DNA of 59,741 nucleotides, filler included, from Sphacelaria rigidula (Eukaryota), in NCBI GenBank assembly GCA_964200075.2. It is 4 parts of 4 records of this genome, joined end to end, with 100 filler letters (N's around TTAATTAATTAA, not from the genome) between each part and the next. Parts side by side here need not be neighbours in the genome. Positions count along the whole stretch, not along the records: positions 44,889 to 59,741 come from CAXNAA020002015.1; 3 more parts are not named here. One strand, given 5' to 3'. The position numbers were made by a program, and so were the translations under genes. Below the pieces are notes generated by a model, which saw nothing but the letters and a program-made list of their open reading frames with translations, ran no database searches and had not been told where the DNA came from. Below, in pieces: positions 48,329-59,741 of the stretch (position 1 is its first letter; every line of letters starts with the position of its first letter).

Positions 48329-51039
48329 GTGCGCACGCGGGCGGATGGGTGGAGGATGTTGCTGCTCACGCGATTTGTGTCGTGGCATCTTCACGGCCAC
48401 AAATGGCGATGAAATCAACGTTTTTTTTCAAGATGAGCGAGGGGAGGTGGAAATGTGGACGTGAATTTTCAGCTCATTGTACTTCGAAGCCATTCTTCAG
48501 ACGCGTCTTCTTGAGCCAACATTGTTCTTGCACGAGTGCTCGTACAAGTATGCGAATCGATTCAGCTTGTTTTCTCAACAGCGAACGGCCACTGTGGAGA
48601 CGACCAACACCACGAGGGTAACGTCCGAGATAAACCAGAACACGTCGTCTAGTCCACCCCGCAAATACTATCTACTGCTCCGCTTCATGGTGAACGTGGC
48701 TCAGCCCTTCATTGCTGAATTTGCTGCATCAAAGCAAACGATTGGTTCCTGTGGTGTACGCAGATACTGTATGAATTACCCCGACATGGTGTAGTTCCAA
48801 CCAGGGTTTGTTGAGGGACTTCGGTGAGGGATGGGACGGAAATCGTCGTCCGCCCGAAGGCCATGAGACGGGATGGGGCCGTTTCCCGTCGCCAAAAAAT
48901 TGGGGAGACGGAACGGGAAGTTTTGGGGGACTGACGGGAACGTTCCCGCCAGATTTTCCCGTCCCGCTCCGTCCTCAACGGAAACCTGAGTGTAACCACC
49001 TCCAACAAAGTTCGATGAGGCCATACTTCGAGTGCCGCGACGCGTAGACACGTTTACAAAGCAGCAATGAACACGTTTTGAAGTATAACATCGTACAACA
49101 ACAACTGGGTAAACTCATGATAGCGAGGGAAAAACGGTCCCGTCCCGCCCCGTGACCTCCGGGAGGACGGGAGTGTGCATGAGTAAACCATGAAGGCAAC
49201 ATGCTGAAGTACTTTGATAGTGGAGAGAGGAGGCTCGGTACCAACTCGTCACACTCGAAACGCGGTGCGAAAAATCGAAGCAAGCAATTCATGTAATGTC
49301 AGAGAAATCACAAGCTTGTTTCAGTATTGTGATGCACGAGTAGGTTAATGACACACTTCTAGTATAAAGAACCTATTGTCTCGTAAATAAGAGGGGTCAT
49401 CTGCAACTTCTAGGGGAACAAAAAAAACATAATCGGTTGCACTCCGATGGCGCCTGTAGGGGATATCGCTGAGCCATGCCTCTAAGTTTCTCATATCTTA
49501 CGCAAGAGAGATATCTGTCAAACTGTCAACAGTTCAGAGTGAATGACTCACCAATGACAACAACAGCAACTAGGTTTCTGATTGCAAACGATTTTCAAAT
49601 AATTTGGCCGACTTATAAAGACATTGGCCCTGCTTCGATGTGAAACTCAAGACTACACGTGTGAGAGAAAATTTTCTCAATCATTTTGATTCCGTGGCGA
49701 CTTTGTCTCTGTTCGCCGCTGTGTTGCTGCTGTTTCTTTGAGGGATTCTTCGTGCCCTGAGTGGTTATGTCGAGAGGGCTGGGGAGAGAGAGAGGGAGAG
49801 GAAGATATGATCCCGTGGCATATGCGTGTGCCCTTTTATCGATTGCGGTCCGTGTTTTTCATCGATTCCCCCCTTTTGTTGCGCGTGAGGTCCGTTCTTG
49901 GTTGCGGTGGGAACACGGCGTCAACGTTGTCTTTGTCATGGCATTGGAGGTTTTGCTCATATTACGGCCTTTCCACCCTTAATGCAAATATCAAGCTTAT
50001 CCTCCTGATTTGCGATCCGTCTGTCATCATATTTGGGTGTCAGCGAGCAAGTAACATGTACTGTAGCCATGCAGGAATCAAGTGAACAATGGTCAAGTGT
50101 GAGGAAAAAGGGACGGGCACGGCGGGCGGTCAAATTGGCGGTACGTACCAGCTGAAGATTGCCTATATTCGAGACTAGATGACTGTAGATGGTGTTATTC
50201 TGAATGTTAATGTGTCGAGATGCAAAGCGATTGACTATTCGGTCAGCCACTATAAGGGGGCATTCAGTCTGCAGGGGTACGGAGTGTTTAACCAAAAGAC
50301 GCAACGGGATGATTGATGATAAGGGTTCGTGCGAAAGGCGCAACTGATCCATGATATGAAACGTTCGCATTGTTGACGAGTAAAATAAAATAAAATTACT
50401 TGTATTTTATGCAAAAGAAGAAGCGATCACAATGCTTTTCTGCTTTTTAAATGTTCTCCCAAACGCGTCGGAATGGGTTGAAGAAAAGGAGTCGTTGCCG
50501 TAACGACAGGTGTATCCGTAAGAGGCAAACGTTTGGTGTCGTTTTTTCTTCATCTTGATGGCTTGAGCATTCGCCTTGCGGGAGCACTTTGAGAAATCCC
50601 GTATGGCTGACATTTGCACTCGCACACGCAGCCACTTCTACCAGTTGGAAACGAACATCGGGATCTAGTAGTGGAAACATCTTCAAACCTCACGGGAATT
50701 GTCTTTTTGTACCTCATCAGCTCCACCGTTGCTTCCTGTGTGAGGGAGATCTCTACGCAGCTCCACCGTTACTTTGCACGCGCGTGCCTTTTGTTTGTCG
50801 CTTGTGCCGTATCACACACCGCTTTATTTGCTTCATACGCACACAGAGCGACGAAGCGCCCACCCGTGCGAACGGCTTGCCGTGCTTCGATGTCATTCTG
50901 GGGCTGGCTCAGCCAACGAAAAATGATCGTCAAGCGTTGGATACGTGGATTGTGGGGTGTTTTTAACCCCTAAAAATCCGTATATACGATGCCGCCGAGA
51001 CCAACCCTTCGTTTTATTATCGTTTTCTCTGGCAAACAG

Positions 51040-51111
51040 GTGGAATTTCAGGCGCCGTTGGTACTGAAGAGCAACCCAAACTGCGATCGATCAAACCTGG
51101 TTCTCGTCAAG
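51040..51111 (+). CDS. Same gene, exon 2 (VEFQAPLVLKSNPNCDRSNLVLVK)
   Basis: Pyrimidine tract + aaacag acceptor and AAG|GTAAAG donor; phase 0/0. Confidence 0.65.
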
Positions 51112-51730
51112 GTAAAGAGGGCTACTTCTGTGATGACGTGGGGAACGTTCAACAAGAATACTGTAGGAGAATCATCTGGAATGATGACGACAGAGATGGT
51201 GTAATCGAGAATATCTTTGATAGCAGAGCAACGAGCATTGTGTTTTGAATCTGGATGCATGCATAGCTGGAGCTCTAAATAGGGGAGCGGTGTGCAAAGT
51301 CATACGCCGTGCGACATGCCGTCCCTAGCTGTTTCGATTGGTGAGGATACGGGTACGCGATTTCGAGTATGTCATATGCTGGTATGTACGACTGCGACAT
51401 GTACGAACAGGGTTGCGTATCGATCCTGATGGACGGACCCGACTCTGCCACTTCATCGTGTGCGCTCGACCGAGTGCTGCGTTGTGCCTCTAGTGGCGTA
51501 CAGATGCATATGGACGCACGCAGAGATACAGACCGTTCGCTGAAAAATATAGGATGACGTGTACAAAGAGCTGCGGGGACATGAAGGGAAAGACAGATGT
51601 GAGGAAAAGGAGGGAGGATACGGTAGTACACGCGTAGATTTCGTCGACACCCACGACGCGATCTATGAGCTAATCACGACACAACAACAGTCCCCCCGAA
51701 CCACAGCTGAAGAACCGGTATTTGGCTCAG

Positions 51731-51894
51731 GCGTTTCTCGGTCTGGAGCGCGTCCGGGCGGACGTCAATGTCTCAGCGCTGCCGCAGCCACTGCTCTTGC
51801 ATGAGAAGAGCATATTCGTCGTAGATGCGGGCATCGGAGCCGACGACTTCTACTCCTGTGATCCTCTGCCGAGCGCGTGGGTGCAGATGTCCAG
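51731..51894 (+). CDS. Same gene, exon 3 (AFLGLERVRADVNVSALPQPLLLHEKSIFVVDAGIGADDFYSCDPLPSAWVQMS)
   Basis: ggctcag acceptor (an alternative in-frame acceptor would start the exon at 51707); AG|GTATGC phase-2 donor matches the exon at 53956. Confidence 0.7.
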
Positions 51895-53955
51895 GTATGC
51901 TGAGGAGGAACATAAAGAACCTCGATGTATAAATGCTTATGTGTTGGCGTCTGCTGGGGAGGTCAGCAGACGCTGCTCCTACGCTTCGTAGTCAGCTGCT
52001 TCTGTATCGTTTCGAAAACAAAGGCGTGGGGACAAGGGGGGGCTTGTGAGCAGTTGCAGGTATAACTACAGGATTGTTTCAGTCACCTATACACTAGATA
52101 TATATCCCCACCATCTCGATAAATGAACCGTACTACCGCAGTTGCAGCGGTTCGTATGCTGCCTAAAGCTGTATTTGAAATGGTCCAAGACATTTTCGGG
52201 TATACCCGAACGTGACCATTTTCCAACACAACGAGTAGCACCGAGGGCTTCGAAGCGGGGGCGGAGAGGGACGGATTGGGGACGAGGAATAACATTGCCT
52301 CTTTCAATGCTGTAGTTGTTGGACAATTGGTCCATGCGTTCGCGAGAGGACGGATGCACCGTTCTTATTAGAGAGGACGGATGTACCGTTTTCATTACAG
52401 GGTACAATGGTTTACGGTACAATGGTGGGGCGGGAACGAAGAAAGGGGCGGAGGGTTCACGGTACACCTCTGAGTGCGTGGTACATGTGTGTTGTCATCC
52501 CATCTATTCTGGGCACCAGTCTACACCGTATATGTAGCGCATCAGCCGGGGTCAAACAGGAGGAAGGCCAACACATGCATGGTACATATGGTATGATGAT
52601 TCCATGTTGAACTTGGCGCATGTGATGGGCGTAGAAAGAAAAACACATACTCACATACACATCTGAGAAGCTGATGAAATTCCATGCTTGTGTCATTTCC
52701 ATCAGGAACGGAGTACGGAAGAGAAATTTTGCCGCCAGTCTTCACACTGGAAACATTCGCAAAGGAGAGGGGCACCGCTTACTCTTGACTACCGAATACA
52801 GCCACAAACTCGATTGGTGAAAATGTTAAAAAAGTGCGAGATATAGACTAGATTTACAACACATATGAACCAACCGGAGGTGTTGATTAATAAAAGGGCT
52901 GAGGCGTTTGGCGTCTTCTCCGATTATTTTTGCTCCTTTTCGCCTTGGGGACGTCTACCTTGTGATCCCGACGGGATGTTGCTTCCGTCGATCTCAGCGG
53001 ACCAGTTAATGTTTATATGCGACACTGCGCCGATCGATCGATCTTTCGATGTGTACCCTGGTGCACCCGCTTCTTTGTCATTCTGTACCCTCACGGCTGC
53101 CTGCAGACGGGCTGACAGTGATCATCGCGGAGAGAAGTCGTCATCGGCCGTCTCTCGACCTCCTGTCCGAATTTCAAGGCGAGCTATGCGAGTAACACAA
53201 AACTATTCGTATTCTTTTTGTCGTACTCCACGATTGATTCGCTGGGAGCGCATTACATATCACGCTTTCTAGGCTATCTCGCGCCTGGAGACCGTTATTT
53301 GCTCGGAAGTATTGGAGTACGTGTGTGGCTCTTACCTGCACATGTGTTGCACGCCCTCGGGATGTAGTACCCACAACGAAACATATTTTGGAGTACATGT
53401 GCCATTAGAGAAAAATTAGCACGCCAAACGAAGCCAAACACACGGCTCCGCACTCCTGGCGATGAAAGCGCACACGATGTACCGGACCGGGTTTTCATGT
53501 TCACCTATCCCCGCAGCAGTGTGAGCAGTGTGATCCAGGTGCAAGCACTACCGTCGTGTGTGCGTAGAACATTTCTGAACCACGCGTAACTCGGCTACTC
53601 AGAAGGCGACGACTGTGAGACCCGAAGATGTGCCTAACTTTGGTGCTCCCTGTTGGTCTCACATATTTTGGGATCTCGCCAATCATTGATGTTTTGTGAA
53701 GGGGTGGAGGAGTACATCAAGTCGAAGTCGACGCTGCGTGCATGCTCGACGGTTCCCCTCGCCTCCTCCCGCATTGCCCCTCCATTCCCTTTTTACTATT
53801 TGGTACTTTTCATTATACCCCACGCGTGCTTCGTACAGTTGTTCTCAAGGGTAATACTCTTGGGTTCAGTTCAGTAATTTTGATCTCATCAGATATTAAG
53901 TATACGGTATGTCCGGATTGCTTCTGTGATTCAACTCCACTCTGACAACAAACAG

Positions 53956-54766
53956 CGGGGGGAAGCATTCACCAGGGGTGCTACCAGAACAAGAGGATGA
54001 ACACAACAACAGTACTGCATCGGAGGAGAACCCCAGCTCTGTATGGGGGCTATGCCTGTGCATTAAAGGAGTTCGACGATCTGAAAAGCTATGTCTTCTA
54101 CCATCCTGTCCTCTCAAGAACATCCCAGAATACACGGAGCATCACGAGGAGGACGGGGGGAGAGGAGGGATTGGTAACCACGACGGGTACTGGAGCGTAC
54201 GCTGCAAGCTGTTCGGCCACGTCTATTTCGCATACCTTCCCACCGATCGCCGGGAGACGAGTGCTATCAGCAGTGGTGCCCTTGATGACAGTATGTACGA
54301 TAGATTAAACCTCCGACAGCATCACCACCACCACCAGCAGCAACAACAACAACAACAATGGCGGCGGCGGGACAAAACGGGTGGGTGTAGCGATGCACCG
54401 TTGTGTTCTCCTGGTGGAGGTGGTGGCAGAAGGGGCAAGGCTTCCGACAGAAGAAACAGCGAGGAGGATGTGTCAGTGTTGGGGGGCGAGCTAGAGGCGC
54501 ACGCCTATCTACAGTGCGGGATTTCCCGCCTGCGACGCGCGTTCCACGGGGTAGGCGGGGTAGGCGAAGAAGACACTGGATCGAGACGGGGAACCGAGGA
54601 CGACGATAATATTGGGGATGATCGTGATCGCCGGAAGCAGTCTAGCGTGCTCGAAGTGGAGTTGTTATATGCACAGCACAGCTACGTCAACGATCACCGA
54701 GCAGGGCAAGATAGGGGACCACCGAACGAGAACAACTGCAAGGGTTCTGTCCAGTATCGATGCGAG
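53956..54766 (+). CDS. Same gene, exon 4 (..VWGLCLCIKGVRRS..YWSVRCKLFGHVYFAYLP..VLEVELLYAQ..VQYRCE)
   Basis: CTGAC branch + aaacag acceptor (phase 2); about 270 open codons; GAG|GTGCGG donor. Confidence 0.7.
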
Positions 54767-55676
54767 GTGCGGAATAGGTTGTACGACAGGAATAGACTCC
54801 CTCAGTACTTCGCTTGACAGCGTTCTAACGCAGGACGACTTCGCACGATACCAAAGACCTAGCCCAGATTATAAGGCGCTGATCAGGACTCGAGGCTCAG
54901 GTCTGGGGCGACGGGAGAGTGGTGATATTGTGCTTTTACGGGGTCGGCCACCACAGTCCCATTTGAGCCCCGTCAAATGAACCATACCACGAAGTACGCT
55001 ACTGAACAACGTGCCGACAGCAAATTTGAGGAGTGTCGAGGATTCACTTTCTCTTTGGGATACTGCGTCTTGTTTATTCTCGGGGACACACGAAACCCAC
55101 GGCCGTCCAGCTGCTGTGCAATTTTGTGCTTGTATAATCCAAAGACAGGTGATGCTAGACTTGTGCGAATTGCCCGCCGTCGGCAGCCGCGGGGCGGCGC
55201 GTGTCGGTCGTGAGTCGACCCCGTCGGGAGTTTCCCTTTTTGCTAGTCGTTTCTGATGAGTAACGGCTCAAGCGTTTGCTTTCAGGCGAAGCGTTGATTG
55301 ATAGATTGCCGCACTTTAATTGACGTCCAGGGATCTAGCCGTGGTTATATGATAGACGCACCCGAGACAAAACAAAGCTGAAGCACTCGCTGAAGGAAAA
55401 AAAGAAACGGAAGAGGTAAAACAGAACAGCAGAGTAGACCACGAGAACAAAAAATATTAAGGAAAGAAGAGAATAAAGTAAAAAAAGGGAAGAAGTAAAG
55501 CAAAATGGCCGGCCTCTGTCACATGGCTTCGGTGGAAAAGGTCTTGCGCCCAACGGCAACGGCACTCACACCTAGTCGTAGAAACCAAAGGCCGTGGGAA
55601 AACCGCGGTCTACTGATTTGTCGAAAAGAGAGGATAGAGTATGGTAGGGAAGGGAAACCTCGGCATAGAAAAAATC

Positions 55677-57956
55677 CAAGCGCAGGTCGAGTAGAGTATG
55701 TACTTTTGAGTATTCGAGTAAAATACCCGAGTATTTACTCAAATTTGGAGTCGGTCGAGTTCGGCCTCCAATACTCTACTCAAATTTGGAGTAGTAGGTC
55801 GAGTACGGCCTCCAATGCTCTATTCAAATTATGAGTAGGTCGAGTACGGCCTCCAATGCTCTATTCAAATTATGAGTAGGTTGAGCATGGCCTCAAATAC
55901 TCTACTTAAGTTTTTTGTAGGTCGGGTACGGCCTCAAATGCTCTACTCAAATTTTGAGTAGGTCGAGTACGGCCTCAAATACTCTACTCAAAATTTGAGT
56001 AGATTAAGTACGACCTCCATTACTTTACTCAAATATTGAGTAAGCACTCTCTGTAATACGTGAGTATAGAGTATCACTTGGGTATGACCTCAATACTCTA
56101 CTCAATGTTCGAGTAGGTTGCGTACGACCTCCAATATTCTACTCAAAAGTTGAGTAAGCACTCTCAGTAATAATACTTGAATATAAAGGGTCACTTGGGT
56201 GTAATAAGCAACCGTGACCGTCGGCGACTTCGTGACGTCACTTCACCGACTATGTTGAATACATGGGCGAACGATGGTCATCGATTAGATGATTGAGGGC
56301 GTGCCTTGGCACGTTTTTTTCCGATTAAAAAAGTGCTGTCGATTTTTATTTTGCCTATCTGATAGCTCCACCGCATTTATGTTCGTAGAAGGCTTCAACT
56401 CAAAATCATAATAAGCGGTGCGCGGAGAAGAATTACAAGAGGTAAAAAACAATCGTTTTCGATCAAAAACATGCGGTTGGAAGGCAGAAGCGGCACTTGA
56501 CTCCTATCTTACAGACCACCACGCCAGAAAACACCTGTTCACAGGACCATGCAAACTCCATCTAACTCGTTATTGGCTACCACCGTAACCCTGCAGCCTA
56601 GAGCACGAGTTGAGCCCAGGGATAAATACACTGCAGTAGTCGGGTGTGCTTCGTTCATTTTGGTCGGCGAAAACTTGCGCATCTTGTCTCATGGTAGGGA
56701 TCAGCGACGGAAGTGCGTGGGACGGTGGGCAACCGAGCTGCGTGCACGCTTATGGGCAGCACAGGCAGTACGAAGCTGCACGTTGCTGAAATCCTTTTCA
56801 CGTCGCATTGTCAGCAGAGAGAACTGATAGTCCTGGGCTGTCTGCACTGCGCGTTACCCGCTTCTCTTTTATATCCTCCGGTACGAAACACGCACACACG
56901 CACTGAAGACACTGCTTGCAAGCATTGCAGCAAGCAGTGCAGACAGTACAGACTGTCTGTACTGTACACGAGTGACGATGTACCGTTTCATGAATTTTAC
57001 CGTATTTTTTGGATCGAAAGCTTGAAAATCCACCTGTGGACCCAACTGCGTCAAAACGAGAAAATTTCGGTCAAATCGATTCCGCCGCCCCATTTTTTTG
57101 ATCGAAAACAAAAGTGCTATGCTTGAAATCATGACTTATCAGATCGAGATTTTTGCTTTCCACCGCACAATTTCAATGAAAAATTAATGTGCTGAGACAG
57201 GCCCTGAGACACGCCCTGACGGTACGTCACGGGCTACAATGATTATGAGCGAATGATGGCCATCAAATAACGAAGAAACCGTGCAGGTGAATGGACCTAC
57301 CTGCCCCAGCTCACCTGCCCCCGCCCATGACAGTACATGCTTGATACCTCTCAACCGCTTCGATATCACTTTCAGTACCGAGCGCTACTCATCATCATTG
57401 AGGCATCGAGTAGACGGGTTGTCGGGTAGGCGTTATCAAAATGAGCGACTCTACTGGCCGCACATGTGACTCCTCCGTGGGAGAGTCAGCGGTGGTACAT
57501 CGGGCCCGGCCTCAGATACTCTACCCAACTTCCGGGTAGATGGATATGATCTCAAATACTCCACTCAAATCTTGGGTAGATGGGTATGATCTCAATTACT
57601 CCACTCAAATCTTGGGTAGATGGGTATGATCTCAAATACTCCACTCAAATCTTGGGTAGATTGAGTATAATCTCAAATACTCTACTCAAACTTTGAGTAG
57701 GGCGAGTACGGCCTCAAATACTCTACTCAAAATTTGAGTAGATCGAGTGCGGCCTCAAATATTCCACTCGAATATTGAGTAAGCACTCTCAGTAATACTT
57801 GAGTGTAAAGTATCACTTGGTTATGACCTTAATACTCTACTCAAAATTTGAGTAGGTTGAGCACGGCCTCAAATATCCTATTAAAAATTTGAGTACAAAA
57901 CGTATGACTCTCCGAAGATACTGAGTATTATGTATACTATACTCGACCTGCCCTTG
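55677..57956. mobile_element. Second, longer copy of the 39-bp-subrepeat TIR element (opposite orientation to 8611-9022) with a ~1.3-kb internal insert
   Basis: CAAGCGCAGGTCGAGTAGAGTATG ... ATACTCGACCTGCCCTTG. Subrepeat blocks at 55700-56200 and 57510-57900. Flanks AAAAAATC / GAACAATC form a degenerate TSD. Confidence 0.65.
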
Positions 57957-58929
57957 GAACAATCCTTCCTCGAGAACGACAGTAACTGTAGACCAATGTC
58001 CGAAAATCATGGGCAAGCGGAACCTGCGTGAAACAGCATAGGTTTGGTTCTAATCGAGCGACCCTCGCTGGAGAGGGTAAAGAGAGTACACTGTCATGTC
58101 TACGCGAAAATGCCCTCCATGATACTAATTGAGTAAGATCATCGTTCACCGGGAGACTCGCAATAACCGCTAGCCTCTTTACAGGACAAATCGTAGGTTT
58201 CAAACCACACTTTCGTGGAAAAGGGAGTCAATGAAGTCACAGTGAACTTCGGGGGAGAAGCTGACATACACGTATGTGTGCAAAATGCCAGAGTTTTGTG
58301 TACTGAAGTGTTTCCCTTCATTTTTCCCGAGGCATAAAAATATCGTACAATAGAACAACAAAACAAGCGACTAGTGCAACAGAAACACCACCGCATTACT
58401 CTGTAGTATGTAGACTTGACCTCCCCCACCCCCACCGCCAGAAATACCGTCCGCCCACGAAGCAGCCTCCCCAAGGATTTCACTATTCCTTCACGCACTA
58501 CTTGTGTCAGCTTCCGCTCCTTTAAAAGTAAATGTCATTCCGGTAATATAGAGGTAAATGTCCCAATTAAGGTACGCTTAAGGCACCTGACGGGAAAAAG
58601 TCTGGTTCGTGGGAACCACGACACGTAGAACAATGTTCAGAGTATCCTGAGAGAGACAATTTAATCCTTTATCACCCAAGCTTTTCGAAACTGAAAAATA
58701 ATGAAACCAAGTTGCAGGAGTAGGTGTGGAGTATGACTCGATTGGCGTAACTAATGCGGCCAAAACACCCTCTGTTTCAATTACGGTACACTTTACGCAG
58801 TAACTGATTTCTCGCGACTTTAGACGTCTCAGACCTCCTCCCTTGGTACAAATATTTATGAGATTAGTCCGGTCCATTTGAAAAAAAAAAAGGGAGAAAA
58901 ATTCAACGCGGGGATGATAAATTGACCAT

Positions 58930-59530
58930 CTCCTGGTTTTAGGAACAAAGTTCGCCATTAAGTAGGTGTTTGGCAACGCCGTGCTCGACGAAAACTATAT
59001 TTTTCCTCTTTTTTGCTTTTCCAGCCCATTGCAATACGTTTTGATAGTAACCTCCCAAAGTTTGATGTTCATCGGTTACCATTAAGGTACTCTATGACGC
59101 ACGTTGAGTGGTGCCCCCTAAGCACTCATTTTTCACCAGAAATCGACAATGACTACGAAAATGGAACACCTGGGACGTTTCAAACCTTCTCCTTCGGTAC
59201 AAATGTTCATGAGACTAGTGCGATCCGTTTGTCGAAAACGAATTACAACTTAATAATGCGGGGATGAAAATGGCCTATCCCTTAGTTCTCGGGGAAAATA
59301 TGGCCATGAAGTCTGTGTTTGGCAACGCCGTACTCGACAAAAACGTTTTTTTTCTTCCTCTCCTTTATTAACCCGTCGAAATACGTTTTGACAGTAATCT
59401 CCAAAAACTTGGTGTTCATGGTTTACGACGAAGGTACTATTACGCACGTTGAGTGATGCCCCCTAATTACCAGAAATCGACAGTAACTACGAAAATGGAA
59501 CACCGAGAGCCAAGACGTTCCAGACGTTTT
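58930..59530. repeat. ~350-bp imperfect tandem duplication
   Basis: GTGTTTGGCAACGCCGT(G/A)CTCGAC at 58966 and 59316; ACCAGAAATCGACA..ACTACGAAAATGGAACACC occurs in both copies. Confidence 0.75.
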
Positions 59531-59741
59531 CCTTTGGCATAAACCTTTACGCATCGCAATGTTTGTAGCTTCGTGACCCCGTGAGAGGATGGGGTACAGA
59601 CTCGACTCAGATAATCGATCAATGGACACGACTGCGATAGTCGATCAATGGACACGGCTGACCGCCGATCAAGATGAGGTAGAAATGTATATATAGCTTT
59701 GTTGATGAAGAGGGAAGGAAGGGGGAGTGACTGCAGTAGGC

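Noticed and set aside
55700-57900. CRISPR-like look of the ~39-bp palindromic units (also 8620-9010)
   Set aside because: Units are contiguous and degenerate, with no unique spacers and no cas genes, and are bounded by TIRs/TSD.

Overview
Eukaryotic, intron- and repeat-rich nuclear DNA of roughly 50% GC, with kb-scale GT-AG introns, tRNA-derived SINEs, many MITEs and interstitial TTAGGG. It looks most like a brown alga or other stramenopile, but that taxon call is inference. The window is not one locus. It is four unrelated contigs of 14867, 14867, 14854 and 14853 bp, sorted by length and joined by artificial 100-bp N44-TTAATTAATTAA-N44 linkers. I reconstructed spliced genes by hand using splice-phase agreement. 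Contig 1 carries the last two exons of a SPRY/B30.2-domain gene; its 10.7-kb intron holds a ~2.4-kb degenerate foldback whose mismatches favour G:U pairs on the transcribed strand (best candidate for an undescribed system). Contig 2 carries four exons of a TRP-like multipass membrane protein, a ~1.9-kb array of ATATTG-N6-CAATAT palindromes, and LINE, copia and LTR remnants. Contig 3 carries the 3' three exons of a MATCAP/KIAA0895 (DUF1704) tubulin-carboxypeptidase-like gene, a complete two-exon Dam-like NPPY amino-methyltransferase gene, and the first exon of a divergently transcribed mitochondrion-targeted gene. Contig 4 carries four internal exons of an unidentified protein with C2-like beta-rich segments, plus nested transposons. 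Most entries in the six-frame ORF track are spurious.
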